Source: Geosiphon pyriformis uo1
Taxonomy: Eukaryota; Fungi; Glomeromycota
DNA: 64,000 nt
NCBI GenBank assembly: GCA_016748015.1
Contig: JAAOMT010000327.1
Span: 1 to 64,000 of the forward strand
Direction of reading: 5' to 3'
The notes beneath the pieces were generated by a model. It was not told where the DNA came from. It saw only the letters and a list, made by a program, of their open reading frames with translations, and ran no database searches. Of the stretch, positions 1 to 12,426 are shown in pieces. Both the position numbers and the translations under genes were made by a program. How positions within the stretch are numbered: the first letter of the stretch is position 1; every line of letters starts with the position of its first letter.

Positions 1-296
1 AAAAGTGCAGTTTGTTGAAAATTCTGTTCCTCTGGCAATGTTAAGTAACTTGGTTGTGTTTGGTAATGATTATGTCTCTGTTGAATCGGATTTCTGGGTA
101 CCAATTGATTGTTGGAGCTAGTTCTGTTGTTGTTGTTTTGAAAACGATTTTGTGGTGTGAATTGATTTTGTTGAGTGATTCTCCTAGCAGGTACTTGGTA
201 TTGTTGAACTGGAGGTGGTTGTTGATATTGTGCAATTGGTGGAGGTTGTTGGTATGGCTGTTGCATTAGTTGGGGAGCGGGTTGATAATGGTTGTT

Positions 297-1169
297 CTAG
301 TACTGTGGTCTTGGTGAATAATAAGCTGGTGGTGGTGGAGATTGATAGTACGATTGTTGTGGTTGGGAATAACGTTGATTATTCCTTTGCTGCTGGTCTC
401 TTTGCAACTTCCTACAATCTCGTTTCCAATGTCCTGGAATTCCACAATAGTGGCAATTCTGGGGTTGACCAATGGGTGCTGATGAGAAGTTTCCTTGGTT
501 CCGTCGTTGGGGTGGTTGATATCTTTGCGGTTGTTGCTGCGGTTGTTGTTGATTGGTGAAGTAGTTTTCAACTTTCTTGGTAAGCTGGTCAATTTTCTCT
601 TCAGCTGCTGAGCTGGTTTTACCAATGGCAAGGTTAACAAGCTTTGTGCGGTTAGCTTCTTCCATAGCCATTTCGTAATTTTTCGCATGGCGAATGGCAG
701 TAGCTAAATCTTCTGGGTTGTGTGGGTGAACTTTCTTGATCAGTTTGTCCTTTAGTCCAGCAATAAATTGATCCAAAATCTGAGCGTTGGAGTAATATTC
801 ATCGGTTTCCAATTGGCGAATTCTTCTGAGTAGTTTGTTGAACTTTCCAAGGTAGGTCATGACTGATTCTGATGGATTTTGCTTAATGTTTCGGAATCGG
901 TTTCGGAGTGTGATAGAGGTGTTGTTGTCGGTAAACTGTTGAAGAAAAGCATCTTTGAATGCTTGCCAGTTTTCAAATGGTCCTTCCAAATTTTCGAACC
1001 ATTCTCCGGCCGTTCCTTGGAGAAAGTAAGGAATTGCTTTGAGCATTCTGGCTGCATTCCATCCATTCGCATCTCCAGCTTTCGAAACTTTGTCAAGCCA
1101 TTCTTGAGGACTGGTATCGCTATCTTCACCAGTAAATTCGGGAATTTTTGCAATATAAGCGGTTGCCAT
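297..1169 (-). CDS. gag: Gag capsid domain plus CCHC zinc knuckle of copy A (part of a longer ORF; N-terminal part spans the assembly gap to about 2164)
   Basis: AYIAKIPEFTGED...NGW...IPYFLQGTAGEW...QFIAGL retrotransposon capsid motifs; knuckle CHYCGIPGHWKRDC; uninterrupted 290 aa. Confidence 0.9.
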   Translation of the reverse strand: MATAYIAKIPEFTGEDSDTSPQEWLDKVSKAGDANGWNAARMLKAIPYFLQGTAGEWFENLEGPFENWQAFKDAFLQQFTDNNTSITLRNRFRNIKQNPSESVMTYLGKFNKLLRRIRQLETDEYYSNAQILDQFIAGLKDKLIKKVHPHNPEDLATAIRHAKNYEMAMEEANRTKLVNLAIGKTSSAAEEKIDQLTKKVENYFTNQQQPQQQPQRYQPPQRRNQGNFSSAPIGQPQNCHYCGIPGHWKRDCRKLQRDQQQRNNQRYSQPQQSYYQSPPPPAYYSPRPQY

Positions 1170-1248
1170 TTCTTCGTTTTCAAGGTCTTCTGGTTCTTCC
1201 TGTTCTGATTCAGTTCCTTCGCTTTCTAGGTTCTCAGAATGATTACTT

Positions 1249-2073
1249 NNNNNNNNNNNNNNNNNNNNNNNNNNNNNNNNNNNNNNNNNNNNNNNNNNNN
1301 NNNNNNNNNNNNNNNNNNNNNNNNNNNNNNNNNNNNNNNNNNNNNNNNNNNNNNNNNNNNNNNNNNNNNNNNNNNNNNNNNNNNNNNNNNNNNNNNNNNN
1401 NNNNNNNNNNNNNNNNNNNNNNNNNNNNNNNNNNNNNNNNNNNNNNNNNNNNNNNNNNNNNNNNNNNNNNNNNNNNNNNNNNNNNNNNNNNNNNNNNNNN
1501 NNNNNNNNNNNNNNNNNNNNNNNNNNNNNNNNNNNNNNNNNNNNNNNNNNNNNNNNNNNNNNNNNNNNNNNNNNNNNNNNNNNNNNNNNNNNNNNNNNNN
1601 NNNNNNNNNNNNNNNNNNNNNNNNNNNNNNNNNNNNNNNNNNNNNNNNNNNNNNNNNNNNNNNNNNNNNNNNNNNNNNNNNNNNNNNNNNNNNNNNNNNN
1701 NNNNNNNNNNNNNNNNNNNNNNNNNNNNNNNNNNNNNNNNNNNNNNNNNNNNNNNNNNNNNNNNNNNNNNNNNNNNNNNNNNNNNNNNNNNNNNNNNNNN
1801 NNNNNNNNNNNNNNNNNNNNNNNNNNNNNNNNNNNNNNNNNNNNNNNNNNNNNNNNNNNNNNNNNNNNNNNNNNNNNNNNNNNNNNNNNNNNNNNNNNNN
1901 NNNNNNNNNNNNNNNNNNNNNNNNNNNNNNNNNNNNNNNNNNNNNNNNNNNNNNNNNNNNNNNNNNNNNNNNNNNNNNNNNNNNNNNNNNNNNNNNNNNN
2001 NNNNNNNNNNNNNNNNNNNNNNNNNNNNNNNNNNNNNNNNNNNNNNNNNNNNNNNNNNNNNNNNNNNNNNNNN
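1249..2073. other. Assembly gap (N run); a second short gap is at 2867-2910
   Basis: Run of N bases. Confidence 1.
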
Positions 2074-2209
2074 CAATTCCGTCTTGGATGTTGAATCTTT
2101 GCTTGCAGTGAGTGTAAATCGACTGGTAGTACTCTAGAGTTGTTATGTCTGAAGCAGACGCCACTTTGAAGTTGTTGTTGCTGTGTTGTTTCCGTGGGAG
2201 AGCACCAAA

Positions 2210-3119
2210 TGTTACCGGAGGTTTTTGGTCTCTTTTCTTAAATGTTGTTGATGCTTGTTTGCTGTTTTATTCACGACTAGAGGAAGTAGTTGAACCTTCG
2301 ATAACTGAATTTATCTTCAAATTATCTCCTATAATTTGAACTGCTGGGCTTATAAGTGGAATGACCAATTCCGTACCAGTTACTTTATGTAGTTATGTTG
2401 TAGTAAACGTCAACTCTTTCCCAGGAATTGCTTGTCTGGAAGCTCACTAAAAATGTGTAGTTACTTTGCTGTGAAAGTCAACTCTTCTACAGGAATCTCG
2501 TCTATAGGCTACCCAAATGATTATGATAAGAAAAGAAAGAGAAAAATAAAAGAAACGTAAAGAAATAGAATTTTGTCAAGAAAACGTTTTCTATCCAGGC
2601 CTGGAGTCACTAACAGATTACTGAAATTGGTAGCTAATCAATTTCAAAATGTTAGTTGTGTTGAGAGAATTTCAAGTGTAATAATCAAAGGATTTGGTTT
2701 TCGAATATTTAATTTTTATTTGAGATATGTAAAAAGTGATTTGTTCTAATTAAGATACCTAAAGTAAAATACTATGGTAGGATATGAGAAGATACATTTT
2801 CTTGAAGAGAGAAGCTCTTCTTTTATACAACTTGTTGTAGTACTAGTCTTTGAACTTGCACTTTTTNNNNNNNNNNNNNNNNNNNNNNNNNNNNNNNNNN
2901 NNNNNNNNNNTTTTGGCTATGTTATATGGTTCAGGGTATTGTGTAAATTGATCATCTCAATTTCTATGGTCCAAATCGGGTTATTGATTAAATGATGATA
3001 ATTGCTAATTTGATTAAATAATAAGTGAAATTCGAAACGATAATAATATATGCTAATTAATGATAGGAATTATAAAGGAAATTTCATGCTAATTAATAGC
3101 TAAAATTCTACTGGTAACA
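2210..3119 (-). repeat. 5' LTR of copy A (about 910 bp including a short gap)
   Basis: TGTTACC...GGTAACA termini; homologous along its length to the decayed LTR at 48567-49542. Confidence 0.88.
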
Positions 3120-3658
3120 TCGGCAATGGATTCTGCATCCACTCTTTGAATTGCTTTCACCTCTGGCTATTTAGTGAGATAGTCCATGACTACTGCTATG
3201 TATCTGTTTTCTCTGCTGGTGATTATTAATGGTCTGACTAAATTAATTCCAATATAGTCAAATGGTTGTCTCACTTTTATTGGTCTTAATGGTTCACTGG
3301 GTCTTGTTCCTTCTCTTTACTGACAAGTATCACAATTTTGAATATATTGGATGATGTTTGGATACATTGATAACCAATAGTATCTTTTTCTGGTTTTTTC
3401 TATGGTTGCTTTTTTGTAAAAGTGTCCTGCTGTTGGATTTGAGTGCATGTTGAATAATATTGTCTCTTTTTCTGGCTCTGTAATTATTCTGGTTGGTTGA
3501 TCTAGATCTTTTTTATTTTTTTGATAAAGTATATTTTGGTGAGTGATAAAATATTTGAATTGTTGTTTGATACTCTTTCGTTTTGTTTAAGATAAATTTT
3601 TCTTAAACTGTTAAGTATTTATATAATGTTGAAGTTGTTGATATTTTTGTATGTTTAT
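3120..3658 (-). pseudogene. Integrase of copy B, N-terminal half (HHCC plus start of DDE core), truncated by copy A
   Basis: HSNPTAGHF...YYWL...IQNCDTCQ...PFDYIGINLVRPL...VMDYLTK*PEVKAI read on the minus strand. Confidence 0.88.
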
Positions 3659-3719
3659 CTTTTGTTATATTTTCGTTGGTATTGTTCTAGTTTTGTTATA
3701 TTTTTGGGTTAAAATGTTC

Positions 3720-5110
3720 TTAGATTTGTTTTATTTGCAACAAACTGTCAGCATTTCTATTGTTTTTTTCTTTCTTATAGTATATAGTATAAGTATATTG
3801 TGAGAGTGCCATTTTCCATCTGGATTGACGGCTGTCATCAAATTCTTGCTTTTGAAGTGATGTTAACCCTTTATGATCCATGTATATATCAAACTTTTGA
3901 CTCAAGTATTCGTTCCACTTCATGACTGCCCAATAGATTGCTAAATGTTCTAGTTCTGGTGTTCCATAGTTCTTTTTGGCTGGTGTTAGATCTTAGCTGG
4001 CATATGCTACTGGATGTTCTCTGCCGTCTGGTCTCTTTTGAGATAGTACTGCTCCCAATACTTGGTCTGATGTATCAGTGGTAATAATGAATGATTTGTT
4101 GTGATCTGGGTAAATCAGTACTGGAGCTTGAATGAGCTTTCTTTTCAGAATATCAAAAACTTCTTGTTGACTTTCTGTCCATTCATATTTTGTATTCTTG
4201 GTTTGCAGATTATTGAGCAGTTAAGCTATTTTTGAAAAGTTCTTTATAAAGCATCGATAATAACTTGCAAATCCCAAGAATGATTTCAATTTAGTCGCAT
4301 TGGTTGGGACTGAAAAGTTCTTTACTATCTCTATTTTCTCTGGATCTGTTTTGATGCCATTTTTGCTGACTATGTGTTCCAAAAATTTTAGTTCTGTCTT
4401 GCTGAAGAAGCACTTTGTTGCATTTAACTTTAGATCTGCTTTTTTTAGCCTTTTAAACACTTGTTGAAGATAATGAAGATGATCATCAAATGTTTTTGAG
4501 AATACATTGGTGTCATCCAAGTATACAACTATTGATTTCCACAATAAGCCAGTATAAACAATTTCCATTAGCCATTGGAAAGTGGCTGGAACATTGGTTA
4601 AGCTGAAAGACATCACTTCAAATTCAAAATTCCCTTCTCTAGTGGTGAATGCTGTTTTCTTCTTGTTGGCTGGATCCATGACTACTTGCTAGTAACCACT
4701 GTTTAAGTCTAATGTTGAGAACTATTTGTTTCCACCGAAAATGTCAAACAATTCTTGTATTCTTGGGTTGGATAGCTGTCTCCACAAGTTACACTATTGA
4801 GTTTTCTGTAGTCCACACAAAATTGAATTTTTCCATTTTTCTTTTGGACAAGTATCACTGGTGATGACTATGGGCTTATTAATGGTTGAATTAGCCCATT
4901 GTTAAGCATTTAATTTATCTCTTGACAAATGATCTCATGGCTAGTTGGTGGTACTCTGTATGCTTTTTGTTTAATTGGCATTGCATCTTTAGTCTTGATC
5001 TGATGCTGGATGATGTTGGTTCAGCCAAACTTGTTTTCACTGGCAAAAATGTCATTGAAATTGTTGAGCAATATCTTGAGCTGCATACGTTAGAGTGGAT
5101 CTAAGTTTCC
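3720..5110 (-). pseudogene. pol: Reverse transcriptase and RNase H of copy B
   Basis: KTAFTT, NVPATFQ, VYLDD; RNase H ITTDTSD...AYAS...MDHKGL...NADSL. Confidence 0.93.
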
Positions 5111-5544
5111 CATGTTCATTTGTTCCAATTGCTCTGATTGGAGCAAATAACATTTGTTTCGTCTATATATTGTTTGTGATATGATATTAACATATCCACA
5201 AAGCTGTAAAAAGTCTTGAATAGTGCTTGGTGGTTAATCCTCTATTTCAGTACTTAAGTATCCAATTGTAATTCCAGCTGGTATTACTATGACATTTCCT
5301 GTGTTATTATAGATGGGAATTTTGATGTGACTGTAATCTTTGGCTGGTATATAGAGATTGATGAGTCTAATTTCTTCTGATTCACAAAGGGTTGGTTCTG
5401 CTTCAAAAATCTGATTTTGTTTTTTTACTTTCCATTTTATTCTTATTATATACTGGCCATATAATAGAATGGAAATTGCTTGACCCATTGAGATAATTTC
5501 TCTTTGGTCAACAATTTTTTCTTCTGCCATATTAACTGGTACAT

Positions 5545-5970
5545 CTATTCTATCTGTTGATCTAAATCTCTGTATTCCTCTTGCTGTTATCCCTAATTCC
5601 TCCCTATTTCTTACTGATATTAATTGTGCTATTTTCACCAGAGGCAGGAATATTTTCTGTGCTATCTTTTCATTTGGCTCTATGATATAGGCCTTTTCAG
5701 AGTCATTTTGTAGCATAGCAATGATATTTCTTACATATTCTGCATCAATTATTTCTCCTCTTATATTAATCTCTCTTTTCGCTAAACTACTCCTAGATGC
5801 TAGTTGAACCATTGTTGTTGCTGGGATTTCTAATGCTACTTTCAGATCAATGCAAGTGTGTAAATGTGGTTCCAATTTAATGGCATCTTTTCTTGGATAC
5901 CTCAGATCAAATCTGGTATCAATATTATGCGTGTGTTCTGGCATAATACCTTTATTATTGTCACTATACC
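5545..5970 (-). pseudogene. dUTPase domain of copy B
   Basis: Decayed dUTPase motifs I-V: TRFDL, SRSSLA, IIDAEYVRNI, IAQKIF, RGIQRFRST. Confidence 0.85.
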
Positions 5971-7282
5971 ATTTTAACTCCTGTTCTTTGAAGAGGTTTA
6001 GCAATACAATATATTGTTCATATTTTGGGTCAGAGTTTAAATCTGAGTTGGAATCATTGTTGTTGTTATTGTCAATTTGAACAGAGCTAGAACTGGTGTT
6101 TTCATTATTGTTATTGTCGGAGTTTGAATCAGGATCAAATAGTAATTCTGATTCAGATGTGCAGCTGCTGATTGGTTCGATTTCCTCTGGGATTATGTAA
6201 ATCATGCATGGTAGTGGATTGTAAATGAGATCACACTCATAACAATATTGGAAGTCACAGGAAATCAAACAGTGGTCACATAATCGGGTGTTTAGTTGTT
6301 CTAAATGCTGCTTCTGCTCTTCTCTTGTAGGTGCCATATTTTGGTAGTATTTGTGAAAGTCTTCTGGACCTGTTTTTTTGTCCATAAAATTGTCTGGATT
6401 AGAAATACAAATGATATTAACTGGTTCTGGGGAATTGTTCTTAATTTCCAGTATTTTACTGGGTGTAGCACTTTCTACTTTGGCATTGGCCATTTGCCAG
6501 ATCTTCTCTTCATTGTGGGAATAACTGTCTAAATGATTGAGTGCTTGGTGCCATGCTGCTGTAATCGGAGTACCATGACTCATCCAGTCACTAATGAAGA
6601 TTGTGTATTGGCACAAAGCGTTACATGTTCCTCCTCAACCAGGAATGTCATTCCATATTTCTTTGTCAAACAGTTGTTCATTGCAAGCAAAACATGGTTC
6701 ATTGTTCTACTTGCCCTGTTTCTTTGGGTAGTCATAGCGTTCTCTATGGCATGGCTTACAATAGTAATGAGTTCGCATCCAGTGGTCTTTGTCTGGTGCA
6801 ATCTATGCTTCCATAGAAGAAAGTTTCTTTCTATAGTCTTTGTATTTGAGTAGAATATATGGTAGTTGTGGTAGTGGCTCATGGACTGAGTATGAACTGG
6901 TTCAGCCACTGGTTATTTTGCTGGTGCTGGTGGTCTCTTCCAGTGTGGTTTCTTTCCCTTTTCTCTTTTCATTATTTTCCTCTTCCCATTTCCAATCAGC
7001 CAGTTTGTTGTAGTTGTTTTTTGTTTCCCAAGCTTGGTCAGAGGTCCAGATAAGTTCTGTTTTTTTTTGCTTTCCTTTGACATTGCCATTCTAAGAAGAT
7101 ACTGAAGGCAACTTGTTATGGTCTTGGTTGGCCCACAAGACTTGGTAGACTTTTCAGATAGGTTTCTTTGTTTCTTTCTCAAACTTAATAAGTGGTTGGG
7201 CATTGCTTGGCTTAAAGTAACTACAAGTGGCCGGTGTTTGAGTATGTTGACCACCAAAGGTTAATTGTAGTTCTTGGGTGGT

Positions 7283-7620
7283 TCAATCGAGAGTAGTATG
7301 GGTTTTCAACAACCAATTGTTGCCCATGAGAGCCTGGTATTGTGTGGCTTCCATTACCAAGACTTTGATGGGTATTATAATGCCATTGATTTCGAATGAA
7401 AAATCATCAATTTTGCTGATTGGAGTTTTGGTTGCTCCATCAGCAGTGATTATACAAGCACTAGCAGCACAATCAACTCGGTAACCTAATTGGTTCATGA
7501 GTTGTCGCATGATAATGCTGCCTGCTGAACTGCTGTCTAAAATTAATTTGATGGAATGGCCATCTACTTTGGCATTAGTATACATTGCTGTAATGAGTTT
7601 CTCTTCAAGGGTGGCTCCAC
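7283..7620 (-). pseudogene. Aspartic protease of copy B
   Basis: LILDSSSAGSII catalytic motif; IITADG flap; ALMGNNWL. Confidence 0.9.
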
Positions 7621-7899
7621 TAAATAATGGAACTGGGGTGGTTTTCTCGAACTTAAATAGGAAGATAGCTGCTAATGTTTCATTTTTGGTGACTGTTGCT
7701 GGTGGTATGTTGCTGGTAAGTTTTTGGATTGAGTTGGTTTTTGGGTTACTGGATGTGGCATCTTCTGGGGTAACCAGGAGACTTAAATAGTTCTGGGAAT
7801 TTGGGTTTTGGGTGGCACCAGTACCCAAATTCTGAGAATGCAATCCTAATGGTGAGTTGAAAGAACTGGAGATTGGTTGGTAAACAACCATTGCTGATC

Positions 7900-9958
7900 T
7901 CCAGTTTTGTTGTGTCATTTTCAGTCTTTGGGTTCCGTGTTAAGATAAGTTTTGGGGTGGTGTTTGAATAGTTTGAGATTGATAGATTACTTGTGGCTAG
8001 GGTTAATATATTATGGATGGCTGCAGTTGATATATTGCTGGTGATTATGATTAATAAACTGGGGTCTGATATACTGATGCTTGATAAATTGGCTGTGGCA
8101 TTATTAGCAGGTAAGTGTTTTAATTTTGCTCTTGATTTTGATATTGATTTGGGGTTTGGAATCAGTGATCAGGGTTTCAATATTGATTTCCCAATTGTCA
8201 GTTATAAGCATTGCAATTGGCTTTTATGTGGTCTTGTTTACCACAGTTGTGACAGACATGCGTCTTTGGCTGCTACTGCTGATTGGCCGATGTTGAGAAA
8301 CATGCTTGATTTTAGGAATGATTGTAGTTTCCCTAATTACTACATCTTTGGAGAGGTTGATAAATAGACTGATGGTTGTTAGCTAAGTATCCCTCAATTT
8401 TCTGATTGATGGTATCACTAATTTGCTTCAATTTGGAATCCAAATCAGATGATTTATTCATTACTAAATTTACAGCTTGAGCATGGTTGGCTTCTAGCTT
8501 AGCTGATTTGAAATCTCTGGCATGTGTGACTGTGGCTTGAAGATTGGCTGGGTGTAATGGATGTACATGATGCAAAATACTACTGTGCAGGCCATGAATA
8601 AACTGGTTGAGAATCTGGGGTTCTGTGAAATACACAGCATTGATGGCTTGAATTTGGCATAGGACTCTATGAAAGCATCTTAGGTATGTTGTGACTGCTT
8701 CAGTATTATTCTGTTTAATTGTGGTAAAAGTATTGGCTAGACAATTAATACTGTTATTGTTGCTAAAATATCCCAGAAAAACAGTTTTGAATTGTTGAAA
8801 TGTTTGTGGTCTGGTGGCTAAACTCTGGTACCAAGAATTGGTGGTTTCTTTGAGAAAGTATGGGATCACCTATAGGGCTCTGACATCATCCCAATTGTTC
8901 ACTATAATAGCCTTGGAGACGTCATTAATCCATGCTTGAGCATCGTCTTCTTCGCCAGTAAAGTTTTCTAACTTGGCGATAGGTGCATAGACTATTTGGT
9001 TTACATTTAGTTGTTGTTGTGGCTGCTGTAGCAGTTGTTGTTACAGTGGTGGTTGCTGAGGTGGTCCTTGTGGCTGTTGGATTTGTGAATTCGGTTGTTG
9101 AGATGACTGCTAAATGGGTTCAATTATTGAATCAATTGGTGGGTGATTGATAACAATATTTGGAGATACATTTGGCTGATTAATTAAATCAGGGTTCTGA
9201 TTGTTTTAATTTTGCTGAGTTCTAATATTTGGAGTTTCAATTTCCGGATTTTTTATGATTGGGTTTTAGTAAGTAAATTTTTGATCCTCACTTCCTTCCT
9301 CTTCTTCCTCTGATAATTTCTATGGAGTAGCAGCTCCAAAATCTGGTTGGGGTATTGGTGATCAAATTTCTGATGACATTGGGGATCATGATTTAAATTC
9401 TTTAAAATACACACCATATGGTCTTAGTAAGTTTTCTTTCTATTGTTTGCTTTGAAACTGAAATTTTCCAAATGTTGATGTTGCATTTGATGTAGACATG
9501 TCTGCTAATGAAATGTTGATGGTGCTTCCAAGTGTGTAGTAATATGATAGAGCAGTTGGTGATTCTACTCTGTGTTTCTTCCAACTAGATAACTAAATTC
9601 CTTTTGGTGTTGCTGCTGGTGTTTGTATTTTTTCTTTACTTTTGTCTGTGTAGGTAATGGGAAATTGTTGTTGCATGTATCTTTCAATAGTTTGATTGAT
9701 TTCCCTGATGATTAGACCAAAACTGTGATTTCTTGGTAAGCTGGTGTGTTGAAATAATTCTGTATAGAAATTTTTTCTTGCTGACTCGATATTAATAGTT
9801 TTTCCTAAACAATCTGTGATTTTATTATTAACGTAATAATTAAAGGCTAATTCGGCTAGATAGTGATAACTGTTTAATCCTAATTATTGGCTGTATTGTT
9901 GAAACAAAGATTTTGCAAATCCTAAGTGGTTGGCTCCTATAATTTCTGATTCTGCCAT
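7900..9958 (-). pseudogene. gag: Gag of copy B
   Basis: MAESEIIGANHLGF start; YAPIAKLENFTGEEDD, IPYFL, NQFIHGL capsid motifs; frameshifted knuckle CHNCGK..H...NC near 8210-8255. Confidence 0.85.
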
Positions 9959-10019
9959 GTTTGGATGTTGTTGTTGGTGCTGGTTCTCTGTAAGATTATA
10001 TTTCACAGGAAGCACCAAA

Positions 10020-10948
10020 TATTACAAGAGATTATTTAGAGTGTTGAATCAAAAAACAAATCTGTAACTTGGTGTTCAAAGTGATTGATGACGATGATAA
10101 TCTGAAGGTATTTTATCTGAAGGTTTTCCAATTGAATTTTTTGTATAATGAACAGAGATTCACTGGTAACAGTTTATCAGTAGTTTCCTGAAACCATAAT
10201 TTCATCAATTGCTTGCTCAGCTTGATGGTTAATGATTCTCTTGATATAATATCTTCCATAAGTGTATACTAGTGCTGTTTCTTGGCATCAGTTCCTCTAT
10301 AAGTCCTCTAAGAATAAGTATTGTTTAAGCAAGTTTATTCTTCCATAAGTTCTCTAAGAATAAGTATTGTTTAAGCAAGTTTATTCCTTTGTAAGTCCTC
10401 TAAGAGTAAATCTTTTAATCAAGTTAGTAGACAACAAAGAAAATAAAGAAAAAATAAAATAAAAAATAAAAAATAAGCCAAAGCAATTTGTGAGTTAGTA
10501 TCTTGTTAATAGCCGTGATCAAGAGCTATTGTTCTAGTATGATTAAGTATCAGTTACTATCAACATGAAGTGTTGATAGTGAAGAATGAATTTGATATAG
10601 TGAATAATTATTTATTTGAGGATTGTGGTAACTAAGCTAAGGATTCTTGGTGTCTATTCTTTCTTTTTCTGCTTCTAATACTACTGCTATATATACATAT
10701 TTGAGATTTCTCAATTCTTCAATTCCTTGCAACAAAAATTCTGGAATTCCTGGAATCCTGCGATTCTTGATAAAAGAAATCCTGGAATTTTGGAATCCTG
10801 CAATTCTTTGCTAGAGAATCCTAAAATTCCTGGAATTCTGCAATTCCTCTGAAAAGAATTCTAGAATTCTACATTTACTATGTCTACTTCTGATTGGCTA
10901 ATATCTACTTGCTAATAAGAATATATTTCCTATATTCTATGAGTAACA
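10020..10948 (-). repeat. 5' LTR of copy B (about 930 bp) with internal tandem repeats
   Basis: TGTTACTC start, GTAATA end (decayed GTAACA); 46-bp unit in about 2.5 copies at 10295-10406; ATTCCTGGA-type array at 10705-10870. Confidence 0.85.
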
Positions 10949-12426
10949 ATGTTATATCAATCACGAAAAGCAAGCTAATCGGTAGCATAGATTACAACAG
11001 CTAACTAGATAAAAAAAAAGTAGAACTGATCAATGATCTGAAGTGTCTTGTAATTCTTGGTCCTCGTCTTTGTTTGGACATTGATCCTTAAAGTGAATTG
11101 GTTTCAACACTTACTGTAAGCTACATGCACCCTTGTTTCTTCATCAACAATACACAAACCACAATTTTATGCATAACAGAAGCTATAATCACAGAAGCTT
11201 CAATGCAAATTACTAGTAAGTCTGAAGAGGTTGGATTGGTAAGAGTTCTGAATTCTCTCATAAACATGATAAAGGAAGGACTAGTTGAGAGAAGATACAG
11301 AGGAGAAGTGGTTGTGCATCTTATTTTGTTGCATGTATGGAACTATGCTTGTAGTGCATTGCAGTCATTAAATAGCAAAGAAAGTTCGAATTGGTTTTCT
11401 TGTCCTATGCCTCTGGTACACTATCTGAGATATCTCCTTAATTATAATGTCTACTGTAAGGTAATTTCTAAGATGGCTGAAGATGACATTAAGAAGAAGT
11501 TGTTGAAAGCATATATTTGATTTAACTATTTCATTGTGATTACCTATACACTGTCTTCCGAACATATTCTTAAAGTACTTAAGCACTGCATTGCTTTTGT
11601 CTGCAAACAAAATTAACCAGAAACAGACTTAATCATTCCTTTGGTAATGGACATTGGAATTCATGACCTTATGACATTAAACAATATTTCCTATGTTCTG
11701 GTCTCTGTGAAAAACTATCAAAAAAGCAAAGATAATAACTTCAATCCATCAAATATCAGAATCGAACAATTACCTACCTTGCCTTTTTTATTGCTATACA
11801 TGCAATTTGATGCTAATGTGGCAGATGTAGATGAGAAATATCACTTTCCTCAAGTTGGTACAAGCACTGGAACCACTGAAGCAAAGATAGAGAGGATTCA
11901 AAGGCATGAAAAAAATGAAGTATTTTCTGGGAGTTTACTATAGAAATGGAAATGCGAGTCTAATTCTGAAGTAAAAAGCAGCCATAAGCTTGCATACAGA
12001 CATTGTTATTAGTTTGCAGTCAGATTGTTTGGTCTTACTGCATATAATTTTTTGCAGGAAAATAATAGCAGAAATCATTTGCTGAACACTGTTTGACGAT
12101 TGCTAGTGGCTTGGTAAGATCCTGTTAATTGTCAAATGAATGAAAATAATCATTTTTTGCTTCTGCAGATGCAACCATTAGTATATACATCAGAAGAGCC
12201 TGCTATAAGTTCGCAATCCCAGTTGACCAGCCAGTCAACAACTTCCAGAGTGAAAACTAGTGTTTATTGTGAAATCTTAGAAACTGGAAGTTCTTTGACA
12301 CCAGTCTCTTTTGATTCAATAGACCAAAAACTTATTCCTAATCAGCAAAAGCTTAAAACAGACATCACACAAGCCATTAAAAAAGCTGAGAGGTACTTCC
12401 AGGAGAAAGCAACAAAGACAACATAA
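10949..12426 (+). pseudogene. 3' part of a Crinkler-type (NTPase-associated helical region plus PD-(D/E)xK nuclease) gene, disrupted by copy B
   Basis: One frame broken only by stops: KLIG...LGPRLCLDI...YRGEVVVHLILLHVW...FNYF...CKQN*PETDLIIP...YVLVSVKN, matching the QxGxDxxxP...QxK restriction-endonuclease-fold signature. Family assigned from memory of motifs. Confidence 0.6.

Larger units (their letters stand above)
1..3119 (-). mobile_element. Ty3/Gypsy-like LTR retrotransposon copy A (young; 5' LTR plus gag; continues off the left edge), inserted into the integrase of copy B
   Basis: Minus-strand LTR runs TGTTACCAG (3119) to CCGGTAACA (2210), followed by TT-TGGTGCT. Gag ORF lies downstream. 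CpGs are retained. The flank at 3120 is copy B integrase, cut mid-domain. Confidence 0.9.
3120..10948 (-). mobile_element. Ty3/Gypsy-like LTR retrotransposon copy B (5' LTR, gag, PR, Cys-rich region, dUTPase, RT, RNase H, 5' part of integrase); pseudogenised
   Basis: Domain order read from ORF fragments 8333-8869, 7283-7918, 5234-6616, 4221-4679, 3720-3923. LTR 10020-10948 is followed by TT-TGGTGCTTCC. Many in-frame stops from C>T/G>A changes. Confidence 0.92.

Noticed and set aside
1148-2164. Long ORFs spanning 1148-2164
   Set aside because: Artefacts of the N gap; only the minus-strand piece 2074-2164 is plausibly Gag N-terminus.
2165-2340. Apparent reading frame (…PPVTFGA…) running from inside the LTR across the PBS into gag
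   Set aside because: In frame with gag only in copy A. In B and C it is in a different frame, and both LTRs of C share the same stops, so the peptide just reflects the conserved LTR-end/PBS DNA.
10008-10017. Assigning the PBS to a specific tRNA (TGGTGCTTCC resembles a tRNA-Thr 3' end)
   Set aside because: Only TGGTGCT is shared across copies and several tRNAs end in AGCACCA; host tRNA sequences are needed.
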